Positions 52,665-64,000 of a DNA stretch of 64,000 bases are shown one piece after another (the stretch's first letter is position 1; every line of letters begins with the position of its first letter). Source of the DNA: Octopus bimaculoides (Eukaryota); NCBI RefSeq assembly GCF_001194135.2, contig NC_068998.1:24665315-24729314 (forward strand), written 5' to 3'. The notes below the pieces were generated by a model. The model saw only the letters and a list, made by a program, of their open reading frames with translations, ran no database searches and was not told where the DNA came from. The translations under genes and the position numbers were made by a program.

Positions 52665-53200
52665 GAATAATTTAATGCATACATACATACATACATACAT
52701 ACATACATACATACATACATACGTATATATATATACGTATATATATACGTATATATATACGTATATATATATATATATATANNNNNNNNNNNNNNNNNNN
52801 NNNNNNNNNNNNNNNNNNNNNNNNNNNNNNNNNNNNNNNNNNNNNNNNNNNNNNNNNNNNNNNNNNNNNNNNNNNNNNNNNNNNNNNNNNNNNNNNNNNN
52901 NNNNNNNNNNNNNNNNNNNNNNNNNNNNNNNNNNNNNNNNNNNNNNNNNNNNNNNNNNNNNNNNNNNNNNNNNNNNNNNNNNNNNNNNNNNNNNNNNNNN
53001 NNNNNNNNNNNNNNNNNNNNNNNNNNNNNNNNNNNNNNNNNNNNNNNNNNNNNNNNNNNNNNNNNNNNNNNNNNNNNNNNNNNNNNNNNNNNNNNNNNNN
53101 NNNNNNNNNNNNNNNNNNNNNNNNNNNNNNNNNNNNNNNNNNNNNNNNNNNNNNNNNNNNNNNNNNNNNNNNNNNNNNNNNNNNNNNNNNNNNNNNNNNN

Positions 53201-53231
<31 letters not shown>

Positions 53232-53539
53232 GATGCATTTACAGTACTGAATTGGAATTTGTTAGGATAGCTTTCTAGATTAAAGCCACAAGCAAGTTAA
53301 ACGGTTTCCATGTAATTACTGATAGTAATAAACAGAATTTAAATGGTAGATTAATACTAAATTGTAATGATGGTAACATAATTAACCAAACTAGGTGTCG
53401 GAAGTATTACTATAGCAGAAACACTAATCAATGGAAGGCTACCATAACAAACTCTATCGCGAACACAGAAAAGGAATTTAGAAATGCTAGAAAGTGCAGT
53501 AGTCTGAATGTCATTAATGAGGAAATAGGAAATAACCTA

Positions 53540-53990
53540 GAAAATGGGGAAAAATAATTTAGAAATTACTCCTAGTGAAGCCAACGCAGAAGATAATAAT
53601 AAAAATAGAACTAATACATGTAATTGCACAAAAAATAGAGAGTCCCCATTAATTTCTAAATGTAATACTAAAAACAAAATCTACAAGTGTAAATTTACCT
53701 CAGGAAATACAAGAAGGTGTACTTTTATATCGCAGCTAGCTCCCGTTTTACCAAACAAAGGATCGCTAACCATTTAAATTCTTTTATATATAAGGACTGA
53801 GTAAATAGCACTGGCCTAAGTAAGCAATTTGGTCGCTAAAAGATAGTAGCAAAACCTATTCGATCGGCTGGGATACTATTACTAAAGCTAAACCTTATAG
53901 AATAGGTGGTAAGAGATGCGACTTGTGCATAGAAGAAATGTATCAAATTCTCACTTCAAAATTTACTCTGATAAATACAAGGCAGGGACG
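53540..53990 (+). mobile_element. Penelope-like GIY-YIG endonuclease remnant (second family)
   Basis: Reads CNCTKNRESPLISKCNTKNKIYKC...QRIANHLNSF...NSTGLSK...WDTITKAKPYRIGGKRCDLCIEE. Confidence 0.75.
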
Positions 53991-54563
53991 AACACTTAAA
54001 TATCTTCACACAAGGGAATATACATTTTAACAACTGAAATAATCACTTCACATTATATGTAATAATAATATTTATAATAATAATTGAGAAACCAAAATCC
54101 CCCAACATAAATCAAACCTAATAATGTACATCTACATTAATAATGTACTCTATGCAACAAATGGAACAATACACTATTAGAATTAATAATAAATCTGCAA
54201 AAACATTTAATCAACCTAGACCTATTATTAAAACCATGTTTCGCTTCACCGACAACGGTAGTAGAGATGAACCCTAGGTCAATATTCCTACAACTATTGA
54301 TAGTAGCACCCCTACATTTCACTAAACACCAACCAACAGACACTTTATTCATTCAGTTTACTTCGAAATAGTCAAGAGTAAAGGATCCAGAGGAAACTGC
54401 ACAGACCATGTTGCAAGGTTGCATATCCAACAATGTGCAGTCACTGCAGTTAAAAGACATGTAGGTCCATAGAATACGGCGTAAATAACTGTTAAATAAA
54501 ATTTATAGAAATAAAATATCTCCATTCCTCTTATCATTATTAATGTTACATATATATATATAT

Positions 54564-54814
54564 AAAGTAATGTTTGTTGCCACTTCAACATGGCTGTTCT
54601 GTACGGAACGACGTTACTACTATTTTTTTAATCCCAGGAGAACACCTTCTCTAGTTGGTTAACAACACCATCTTTGTCCGACATATTGCAAGCAAGGGAA
54701 CTTGCAACATATCGACATAAGCTGTGTGGTTAACCAGCTGGAGAAAGTGTTGTCCTGGTGTAAAAAAGTTGTAGTACAGAACAGCCATGTTGAAGCGGCA
54801 ACAAACATTACTTT
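54564..54814. repeat. Foldback palindrome (MITE-like), 251 bp
   Basis: The outer 41 bp arms AAAGTAATGTTTGTTGCC(A/G)CTTCAACATGGCTGTTCTGTAC differ at one base; the inner arms pair imperfectly up to a loop of about 8 nt. Confidence 0.9.
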
Positions 54815-55750
54815 TCAGTGTAATTACTATTTGCATGTCTTATGGAGATTTTAAAACCAGCTACTTGCTTGTCATATACATATATATATATATATANNNN
54901 NNNNNNNNNNNNNNNNNNNNNNNNNNNNNNNNNNNNNNNNNNNNNNNNNNNNNNNNNNNNNNNNNNNNNNNNNNNNNNNNNNNNNNNNNNNNNNNNNNNN
55001 NNNNNNNNNNNNNNNNNNNNNNNNNNNNNNNNNNNNNNNNNNNNNNNNNNNNNNNNNNNNNNNNNNNNNNNNNNNNNNNNNNNNNNNNNNNNNNNNNNNN
55101 NNNNNNNNNNNNNNNNNNNNNNGTATATGTATATGTGGGTACGTGATTTTAAAAATATATGTGCATAGTTGTAAATTTCTCTGCACAGTAACAAAACAAT
55201 CACTATCCAATTGTTATGTAGCTCAATGATGCCTTATACGAATGCACGACTCAGTTCTTCAATATTGGTGTCTATAGAATTTTTAATGTAGTGAACGAAG
55301 AAGAGAATCTTAAGGCGAAGTACGAAAGGAAATCTTTTTATCTCAAATTTCTTTTAAAATCTTTCAAAAATCATTTTAAAAATGATTTTATACACGTACT
55401 AATACTTCATAAATCAAATTCATATCAATCAAAGTATTTTACTAAAGAATGGTGTCTCTGCAACCAATATTTAGTATAGCGCCTTACCTTAAGTTTTGGA
55501 ATGGGTATTAAATTTTCTCAGCAATTTACAAATGGGTAACTGAAGGTAATCGATTTAGTATTGACTTATCACTAACTTGCTGAAGTATTATTTGCTCATA
55601 AACATTTGTAGTATTCAGTAATAAATCTGGTGCTACACAGCTGAGTCTTAAAGAATAAAATAAATATTGAAATTGACGTAAAATCTCTCTGAGTTATACA
55701 ATCATACATCCAAGCAAAATTATATTCTTAATATAGACAAGAATGCTTAC

Positions 55751-55789
55751 CTGAAACAGTGAGTCGAGGAAGGAGTGAACGCACTCCAT
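55751..55789 (-). CDS. Candidate first coding exon of an unidentified gene (MECVHSFLDSLFQ, phase-0 donor)
   Basis: AAAAAG-ATG-G start context, in-frame TAA seven codons upstream, strong donor CAG|GTAAG, and a CpG-richer segment at 55945-56005 upstream. No downstream exon could be confidently linked. Confidence 0.45.
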
Positions 55790-57687
55790 CTTTTTCTCTG
55801 GTTCCCTTCCTTAAAATTTTCCCATTCTGGCAATGTTTTTAATTTCCAACTCTGAGAGTAGAACGAATGTACGAGAAAAGACGGATGTCTTGGAGTAACT
55901 TCTTGTACCCTTCGACTACATTCCCACCAGCATGAAATATCTCCCAAAACGCACGCAAGCAAACGCGCAGGCGCGCAGAGGCAGACGCACACTCTCACGC
56001 ACGCACTTAAAATATCTTCTGGAAAGATTTTCAAATCCGGAAATACTGTCTGAGAATTAATTTTAGATAAAACATAATTATAACTCAACGTCAAGATAAT
56101 GCATAATTATAAGACAGAAACTGGTCTACAAAATATTTGGAAGTTCTTTTGTAAGAATATATTGAAAGTAGGTGTTTGCTGTAGAAACCGACTCGTCTCA
56201 CTCTTAACTAACATTGACAGAAATTCGGTAGTCGCTTGCTCTGTAGTTTGAACTAAAATGGAAACAGTGATATAATTGGTATTTCTAGGCGTAAGCTATA
56301 AAAATATATCCACATTCAACACCAGGGATTCACAAATAGTTATTTTGCGTAGGCAAATCATGCCATAATTTAGGGTATCAGGAGAGAACCAACATATATA
56401 AATTGATATATAAGATATTTTGGTAAAAGCAATTATATTATCATTTATGTAGTATTTTGAATTATTCCTTGTCATTCTGCTCTTCTGTATATGACAGAAT
56501 TATGTGAATATGATGGAGTGATAGTCAATAAAGACTCAGACTTACAGTACTGTGTTGCGCCAAGTAACTAATTGCTTCATGTGCACTTATAACCTTTTAA
56601 TACAACTGCCATTTCCTGTTAGTGTAGTTTGTATAAATTTGTCCGATGTTGCGCTGGTTTTCGGTTATGACATTGACTTATTATTATGTTGTGTTTTGTC
56701 CAAAAATCATGATGTTTCCAGTTCCTAATTACAACTAATAATAAATAACCAATATGGCTATCTTATTCAGTATAGTAAGCAAATTGCATTCATTACAATA
56801 TATATTCGAGAATATATACAAGCTATGTCAGTTAATTGATATACTGAAGTGTCGATTATAACAGAATGTCATTCGCATACAAGGTAAATTGCCCTCAAAA
56901 GTGTTTAACATACATCGCATTTATTTAAAGCCAAAATATATCCAAACTTTAATGCTATAAGCAGAATCTCATGGTGGAACAATCGGCTTTTACAATTCAC
57001 TGTTTACGGAACTTAAACATAGTTGTGCCTAAGGTGATGAGTTTGTCAATTTGAAGACCTAGAAAATGGAGTCTTTATGATATATTTTAAAATAAATTTT
57101 CTCTGAAGAAGAAAAGAAAATTCCGACTGCATAAATCGTTCATGTATATATCATTCTATCAGACTATCAGAAATTCTGAAACATATTACACTCGTATCAT
57201 CAGTGATGTAGAAAGAGATGAGCACAAAAATATGTAGGAAGTGTGAAACCGACTAAAAGTTTAACAATAATATATTTAGGTGGAAATGATGAGATACTTT
57301 CCCCTAGCTATTCACCTGATCTACAAAGAATGGCACTAATACATACATAAATACATATCATATATACACACACAAACGCACGCATACACACACAGAGGTA
57401 AATTTTACACAGATAACTATAAGAATAGTAATGGTGATGGTTGTGGATGAATGTTATTGATCACGAAGTTGAAGTCCTTCATAAAGGACAAAACAATAGC
57501 TAAAAGGTAGTGGATGGCCGCAATTAAAGGAGCCTAAATTAAATAATCTTCGATAATTTGTTCCGAGTTCAAATGCCACCGAGGTATTTATCATTTTGTT
57601 GTCGATAAGATGAAAGACAATATAATTGGAGACAATATAATTCTTTGTATCCATCCATTATTTTCAGAAAACAACATAAAAGGAGCG

Positions 57688-57911
57688 GTAAAGGCAGCGA
57701 CCTGGCAGAATCGTTCGCACGCCGGATGAAATGCTTAGTGGCACTTCGTCCGTCTTTACGTTCTGAGTTGAAATTCAGCCGGGATCGAATTTGCTTTTCA
57801 TACTTTCGGAGTCGATAGAATAAGAACCAGTTGAGCATTGGTTTCCATGTAATCGACTTAACCCCTTGCCGCTAATTTATTGGCCTTGTGCCGAAATTTG
57901 AAAGCAATATT
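57688..57911 (+). mobile_element. SINE family A (a degraded copy also at about 57505-57620)
   Basis: GGCAGCGACCTGGCAGAATCGTTCGCACGCCGG...GTTCTGAGTTGAAATTC...GGCCTTGTGCCGAAATTTGAAA. Confidence 0.85.
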
Positions 57912-58740
57912 AATGGAGCAGTAAACCGATGTTTTATTTTTCGTGATTATTTTTTACGTATTAGATGTTTGTTAGGACAGATATTGCATAAAATTACTTC
58001 TTGAAGTAAACATGTCTAGTAAGAAGTGTAACATTAAACTTCATTGCTGAATTTGATCGTTAGTTTTGTCAACCAATTCTTCAGTATTCCCCGTTTCTGT
58101 AAACAAAATATATTTCGTTATCTAAATTCCGATCACGGGCCATGCAAAAAACCTTATGTGATATAGAATTGCTGCATGTATCCATTATCAAAAACAATTT
58201 CAGTAACCTCTTTTATATCTTTTATACCATTCAATTTCTGATGCTGTCCACAAAGAATATTATCTAATACAAGAATAATATCTATAGCAGAATATTATCT
58301 ATTCTGCTATTGCTAACATTCCATTTCATATATATGACTTTTGTTTACTAATTGCACTTGCGTTCTTGTTTGACTATTTATTTCACAATGTATTTCACGC
58401 GATAACATCATAAATGATAGTTGTTAGAATAACTAAAAACCGAGGCAATGATCTGTGTGAGTACGTTTGTTTGTGCATCTCTGCGTGAGCGTGTGTGTGT
58501 GTCTTTGTGTGTTTCTGTGTGTCTCTGCGCGTGTGCATGAGCGTGTGTATGTGTGTGAAGGCGTGTTAGAGCAAACTGTAAATAGTTCACATGCGTGCAT
58601 TTCACTAATATATATTCAGTAAAACTTACAAAAAAAAAACTGTATGTTGAATCCAATCTACAGGATGAACACAGGAAAAGCCCAACTACATGCGACTGGT
58701 TTTTGTCGAGTTACCAAGAGCAGAAACGCATGATCTATGG

Positions 58741-59000
58741 TACAAAGTGCAGTTCAAAAGTTTTCAAACTTTTTGGGAGAGATATTAATTTCAAAGAATT
58801 ACAAAACTCTAAGCTCCTTGAAATTAGGATAGGAGCCTCTGACTTTAATACAACTGTTGTTGCACTTGCGCCACTTCGTGAAGGCCACATGAAAGTCCTC
58901 CAGTGTAAAAATGTCGAGGACCGTTGTCAGAGCCTCATTCATTTTCATACCACTTAACCTGAAGTTCTGCTTCAGCTTGGGGAACAACCAAAAGTCACTG
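58741..59000 (-). mobile_element. Mariner 3' fragment with TIR
   Basis: Reads APSDFWLFPKLK...AFTKWRKCNNSCIKVRGSY; terminus TACAAAGTGCAGTTCAAAAGTTTTC. Confidence 0.75.
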
Positions 59001-59960
59001 GGAGCATGTTGTCTCTTTTTGCCCCTATATTTCTGCTGTTTTGGGATTTCTTGTGATTGCATCTGTGTGTCTGTGTGTTCGTGTATTTGTGTGTCTGTGT
59101 GTTTGTTTGACTGTAATTCTACGTATTACGTCTTTGTGTCTATATCTTTAGGTTTTCGTAATTCTGAGTTGTCTTGTTTCTGGTCTGAATGACTTCGTAG
59201 TTGTAAGTCCTTTACTAGTAATTTTCCTGGTAAATTTTCTCCGTTTCTCATCGAGGGTTGGGTTTCCTCTTCCATTGCTTTACACTTCTTCAATTCCACT
59301 GTCGTCGGTGACTTACTTCTCCCTCTTTTCCTGGGTTTAACCTCCACAAAATTCTCATCATGTTATGTTTTCTGTTTCTGCCTTTTTCTACCATTATATC
59401 TTCCTGAACACTCTCCTCTACCATTTCCACTGCTGCTCTAGGGCATTTCCTTCCCAACTGCCCTCTTTCACCACATTCGTAACACTTTGGAGGTCTCCCC
59501 TCCAACATTATTTCCAGCTTTTTTCGCCTCCTCTTCTGATACAAAGGTTACTACAATAGTCGCATATTTCCTTCCTCTTGTAAAGAACGTTAACCTTTCT
59601 CCAATTTGTTCCTCCAAGATTTCCTCTATGTCTTCCCATGGCGCGTGTTCTATTCTCTTATTTACATTCGAAAACGTTCTGAATATGACCGTCTTGTTTT
59701 CCATTTTTCTTTTTTCCTTCCTCTGGCAAGGTCATTTTTATATTGGACCTGTCTTTCTTTATCATTCCATAATATTTGGTTATCTTTTCCTCATTCAACT
59801 CCATCATCTCCGGCTTCAGCACACGTGGGTCTAGGGAAATTCGTCGTCCGGTAGCCTCTGCATAACTTTTCATTTTTTCCTTATTCACTACCACCCAACG
59901 ATAGTGGCTTCGCACAAAAAATTTTGCTTACAATCCCTCAAAAAAAAAAAAAAAAAGACA
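59000..59960 (-). mobile_element. Gag-like ORF1 of a Tx1/L1-type LINE (frameshifted; no ORF2 visible)
   Basis: Starts MKSYAEATG at 59873; RRM-like TIVVTFVSEEEAKK; knuckle CYECGERGQLGRKC (CX2CX4[H>Q]X4C) at 59441-59487; basic C-terminal tail. Confidence 0.65.
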
Positions 59961-60062
59961 ACAAAAGGGCGTGCCTTGCTAGCTGTCGATGCTTATTCGC
60001 CTTGAATACTTATAGAATTTCAAGTGAAATAAATTCACAAAATCTACAAAATCTACAAAATT

Positions 60063-60427
60063 GGAAATATTACATTTCTAAATCTCTCAGAGAGACTTAT
60101 ACAGTAGCAGCACGATAAAGTGATGGTTTGTTGCCAACTTAACGTGGCAAGCCAAGCTACTCCAGACTGATAAAGAGCAATGAATCTAAATCTAGTCTCT
60201 GGATGCTGACTTTGCTGGCTGGAGGTGCTTATCTCCTCTGTTTGAAAACTTAAGGACACTGAACCGTTGTGTCACGTAGCCAACTGAAAACGATGTTTCC
60301 TGGGGCTAAATAGCAGTAGCATTCTTTACTTTCCTGGAACTGCCGCATTAAGTTGGCGAGAAACCATCACTTTATCGTGCTGCTACTATATAAGTCTCTC
60401 TGAGAGATTTAGAAATGTAATATTTCT
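60063..60427. mobile_element. MITE-like element with 86-bp TIRs and AAAATT on both flanks
   Basis: 60064-60149 and 60341-60426 are near-perfect reverse complements (about 5 mismatches); AAAATT at 60057-60062 and 60428-60433. Confidence 0.85.
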
Positions 60428-60586
60428 AAAATTATATCTATCTATATGCATATAAATACATACAAAAGCACACACGCACACATATATGAATATATATTTA
60501 CATATATATATTTATACATATATACATATATATATGTATACACACACGCACACACATATGTATATATATACAAATGTACATATACA

Positions 60587-60622
<36 letters not shown>

Positions 60623-61429
60623 TGCATGTATGTGTGTGTGCATGCATGTTAATTGACGTGTACAGTATTACATATTATTACGGATATATAAGATGGTAGT
60701 TATGGAATAATTACCATCTCTGAAGAACGCAGGGTTACATCAGCGGAGTGTTAGGTAACACTCTCTTACACCCCTACTATGAAATCGATTGGTAAGATCG
60801 GCCGTACTGGTTACATAATACTATATACCTGCTCTACTGACAGATATACGAGTGTATTTTTCCTGACTTATGTATTGTTAGACGGAGATATATATATATA
60901 TAAATATATGAATATATATANNNNNNNNNNNNNNNNNNNNNNNNNNNNNNNNNNNNNNNNNNNNNNNNNNNNNNNNNNNNNNNNNNNNNNNNNNNNNNNN
61001 NNNNNNNNNNNNNNNNNNNNNNNNNNNNNNNNNNNNNNNNNNNNNNNNNNNNNNNNNNNNNNNNNNNNNNNNNNNNNNNNNNNNNNNNNNNNNNNNNNNN
61101 NNNNNNNNNNNNNNNNNNNNNNNNNNNNNNNNNNNNNNNNNNNNNNNNNNNNNNNNNNNNNNNNNNNNNNNNNNNNNNNNNNNNNNNNNNNNNNNNNNNN
61201 NNNNNNNNNNNNNNNNNNNNNNNNNNNNNNNNNNNNNNNNNNNNNNNNNNNNNNNNNNNNNNNNNNNNNNNNNNNNNNNNNNNNNNNNNNNNNNNNNNNN
61301 NNNNNNNNNNNNNNNNNNNNNNNNNNNNNNNNNNNNNNNNNNNNNNNNNNNNNNNNNNNNNNNNNNNNNNNNNNNNNNNNNNNNNNNNNNNNNNNNNNNN
61401 NNNNNNNNNNNNNNNNNNNNNNNNNNNNN

Positions 61430-61463
<34 letters not shown>

Positions 61464-61871
61464 GGAATGTGTGTGTATTTATTCTATATGTCCCTATATT
61501 CAATTGATTTGGTGTTGGAAAATACCCCAGACTGTTCGCGGATAGCATTCTATCCTTTGATTTTGAACGCAAATTTCACATATTATTTTCTCATTATTTT
61601 GTAAGTATCTGCTCAATTTCCATTAAAAACAGACCCACTCAGTTTTCTTTCGTGAAGAAGAATATTTTTCACCAGAGAAATTAATGATAGATAAATAACC
61701 TGTTTAGATGCTACAAACAAAAAAATCCTAAATTTCAAATAAAGCTGATTAAATTGTGTAGGGGCTATTTTCAACCAGGAGCAAGTTAAACGCAGATCTA
61801 TTTGTAATATTATGTCAGATGCTATATATGTATCTTTACAACTAAAACCCAACAGAATGCATAGTCTAGAG

Positions 61872-62115
61872 CAGAATTTCTGAAACAATTCTTGCATATG
61901 GACCCCATTGATTCGTATTTTACTCGAGTGGACCCTCCAATCCATTCAATTTAAACAGTCTTTTAAAGTGCTTTTATATTTAAATATTAGAAATAGTATT
62001 AAAATAATTATTAAAATATTTTGTGTATTGTAAGCAATTTATTGCAGATAAATTTTACCAACAATATTTTATTTGAACCCCCAAAGGTCATATGGACCCC
62101 AGTTTAGAAACACTG
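61872..62115. mobile_element. Charlie-type hAT MITE
   Basis: Ends CAGAATTTCTGAAAC and reverse complement CAGTGTTTCTAAACT; flanks GTCTAGAG and CTCTAGAC match the NTCTAGAN target of Charlie elements. Confidence 0.6.
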
Positions 62116-62189
62116 CTCTAGACAGTCTTTTATCATATTCAAACAATATGCTTCAGAAATAAGACCGGCATTCAATAAAGGTTTCATCA

Positions 62190-62600
62190 TTTTTCAGTGT
62201 AAGAGAATTGAATCCAGTATGCTACACCGTGTCTTCATCCTCAAGAAACAATCGGTCCTCTTGATGCCAATTATAGAAGAAACTTTTGGTAACTTTTGTA
62301 GATTATCTCCGGCTTCTGACTGCTGAGAACAAAGTCTTCCAATCTTCAAGATTTCAAGATTGATTTTTATATGATAAACAACCTTGTGAACGTCGTCAGT
62401 GAAACTAACAATATTACTTTTTACAGCAGTACAGATTTTGACCATGTCAGTCTTCCCTCGCAATTTTCTTCTCCTAATATGAGCGTCTATCTTCCACTCA
62501 ATTTTAAAAATCCGTTCTTTCTTCATTCTTGCTTGGGCCAACGAAATGAAAACAGAGATAACTATTTTCTCACTTTTCGAAAACTAACCACTAAATATTC
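62190..62600 (-). mobile_element. Possible hAT transposase N-terminal remnant
   Basis: KERIFKIEW resembles the RxFxxEW motif of Charlie/Buster/SPIN-type N-termini; weak. Confidence 0.3.
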
Positions 62601-64000
62601 CACTTAAGCTCAATCTGTAGAAATGTATATTGAATTTACACGGCCTTAGATGAATTTATCAACGTTAGCTCTATTAAGAGATCATCATGTTTATTGGGGA
62701 AACCAGTTTTAAACTCAATCGAGGCTCTTTATGAGCCTATGCACGAATACATAAAATGGATAGTATATGCTATTTCAAACATTCAGTAAATTTCAACAAC
62801 TAATTTTTACTGAGCGTGGCAAGGGAAAATTTCTGAAGACATTTCATGTAAAATTAAAATCGCTTATGTGATTTTAAATTTACTTTCTGTATTATTGACA
62901 TTCATGTTGATATTCACACCTTTTACAAAGAGTTAAAATTGAAACATTTCTGGGCATTGTAAATTTATACTCTTTCTAAATTGTAGGAAATACTTAGAAC
63001 TTAATAGAATCTGCGTGATAATATTAGATTACCTAGAATATTAGCGACACATCATAAGAATAAAAATGATTGCTGACTTGTAACTTAAGGCATTTAAAAA
63101 ATTCATTTAACTGTTTATGTTGCTTAAAACACAAACAAAAACCAGAAATTACATTCTATAAGAGAATCGTTTTGACCGCCTAATAAAGACGACCTCATGA
63201 AGTTCCTGTTCCAAATGTAGAAATTGCTACGAGTTTATCAGATACCGTCAAAAACTGCTGTTGTAAACTCGAAAATATATACAATGAACAAAAATAGTTC
63301 GTGAGAAATCAGATTAAACAACCCTGCTGTAATAAACATTTGTGATGAAATTTTCCACGAACGTATTTCGATGAGTTAAACAAAGTTATAAGAGAAAATT
63401 AAATAATAGAATTACGCTGAAACTTCCGACCTTAGCCTCAAACAACAAAATATTTATATTTCAAAGCTAAATGACAAAAGTGTGATCCTAAAGCTTTTAA
63501 TATCCTAAATGTATATGTGTTTTCTAAATTCAAATAACTTATAAGAAGCGTTTCTTAACACTCTAATATTATGGTAGTAGTTTAGATGCAAAGTATTAAA
63601 CTACAGAATCCGATCAATACGTCCCTATGAAAATTCCACTTCTTCAACCTAAAACTTCAGTTTTTATAATGGTTTCTTTCAAACATATTAATATTAAAAA
63701 GAAGTCTTTTTAACCTTTGAATGTACACATTTTAGTTAAATTCAACTAGTTATTGCGCGCACATAAACATCTCTCATTAATCAAACAACAAAAGCAGAGA
63801 AAAGCTTGATGAATATAAAATTTCAATAAGAAATTGAAATTTCTGAATAGAAAACGTGCATTTGCGCAATATTGAAAAAATTGTTCTGTAAAATATGAAT
63901 TGTATAACATGTACTAAATTCTAGAGTTGATCATAGAAATGACTTCACAAGATTTAATTTCTTGAAGCGCAATTCAAACTCGGCTTAACAATAAAATCTT

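Noticed and set aside
54245-54290. Possible decayed hammerhead (CCGACAA...GAACCCTAGGTC) after the second Penelope remnant
   Set aside because: There are several core mismatches and no stem I pairing.

Overview
This is AT-rich animal DNA with many microsatellites and ten N gaps, most of them next to (TA)n or (CA)n runs. The tRNA-derived SINE families and the repeat landscape look like an octopus (cephalopod) genome; that is recognition from memory, not a database match. No complete protein-coding gene is visible. The only host-gene candidate is a 13-codon first coding exon on the minus strand (55751-55789, MECVHSFLDSLFQ then GTAAG), which would place the lower-coordinate sequence in or beyond its first intron. 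The rest is decayed mobile DNA: three tRNA-derived SINE families, about seven Tc1/mariner/maT remnants, hAT pieces and MITEs, CR1, RTE and Tx1-like LINE fragments, R4/Dong-type RLE LINEs and two Penelope-like elements. The best leads are: an RLE LINE family whose ends all sit in (CATA)n microsatellites; minimal hammerhead ribozymes, two of which share a non-canonical A6U core; an RTE insertion with twin-priming geometry; and three unexplained foldback elements. Most ORFs in the supplied track are microsatellite or N-gap artefacts. TE boundaries were read by eye and are approximate.
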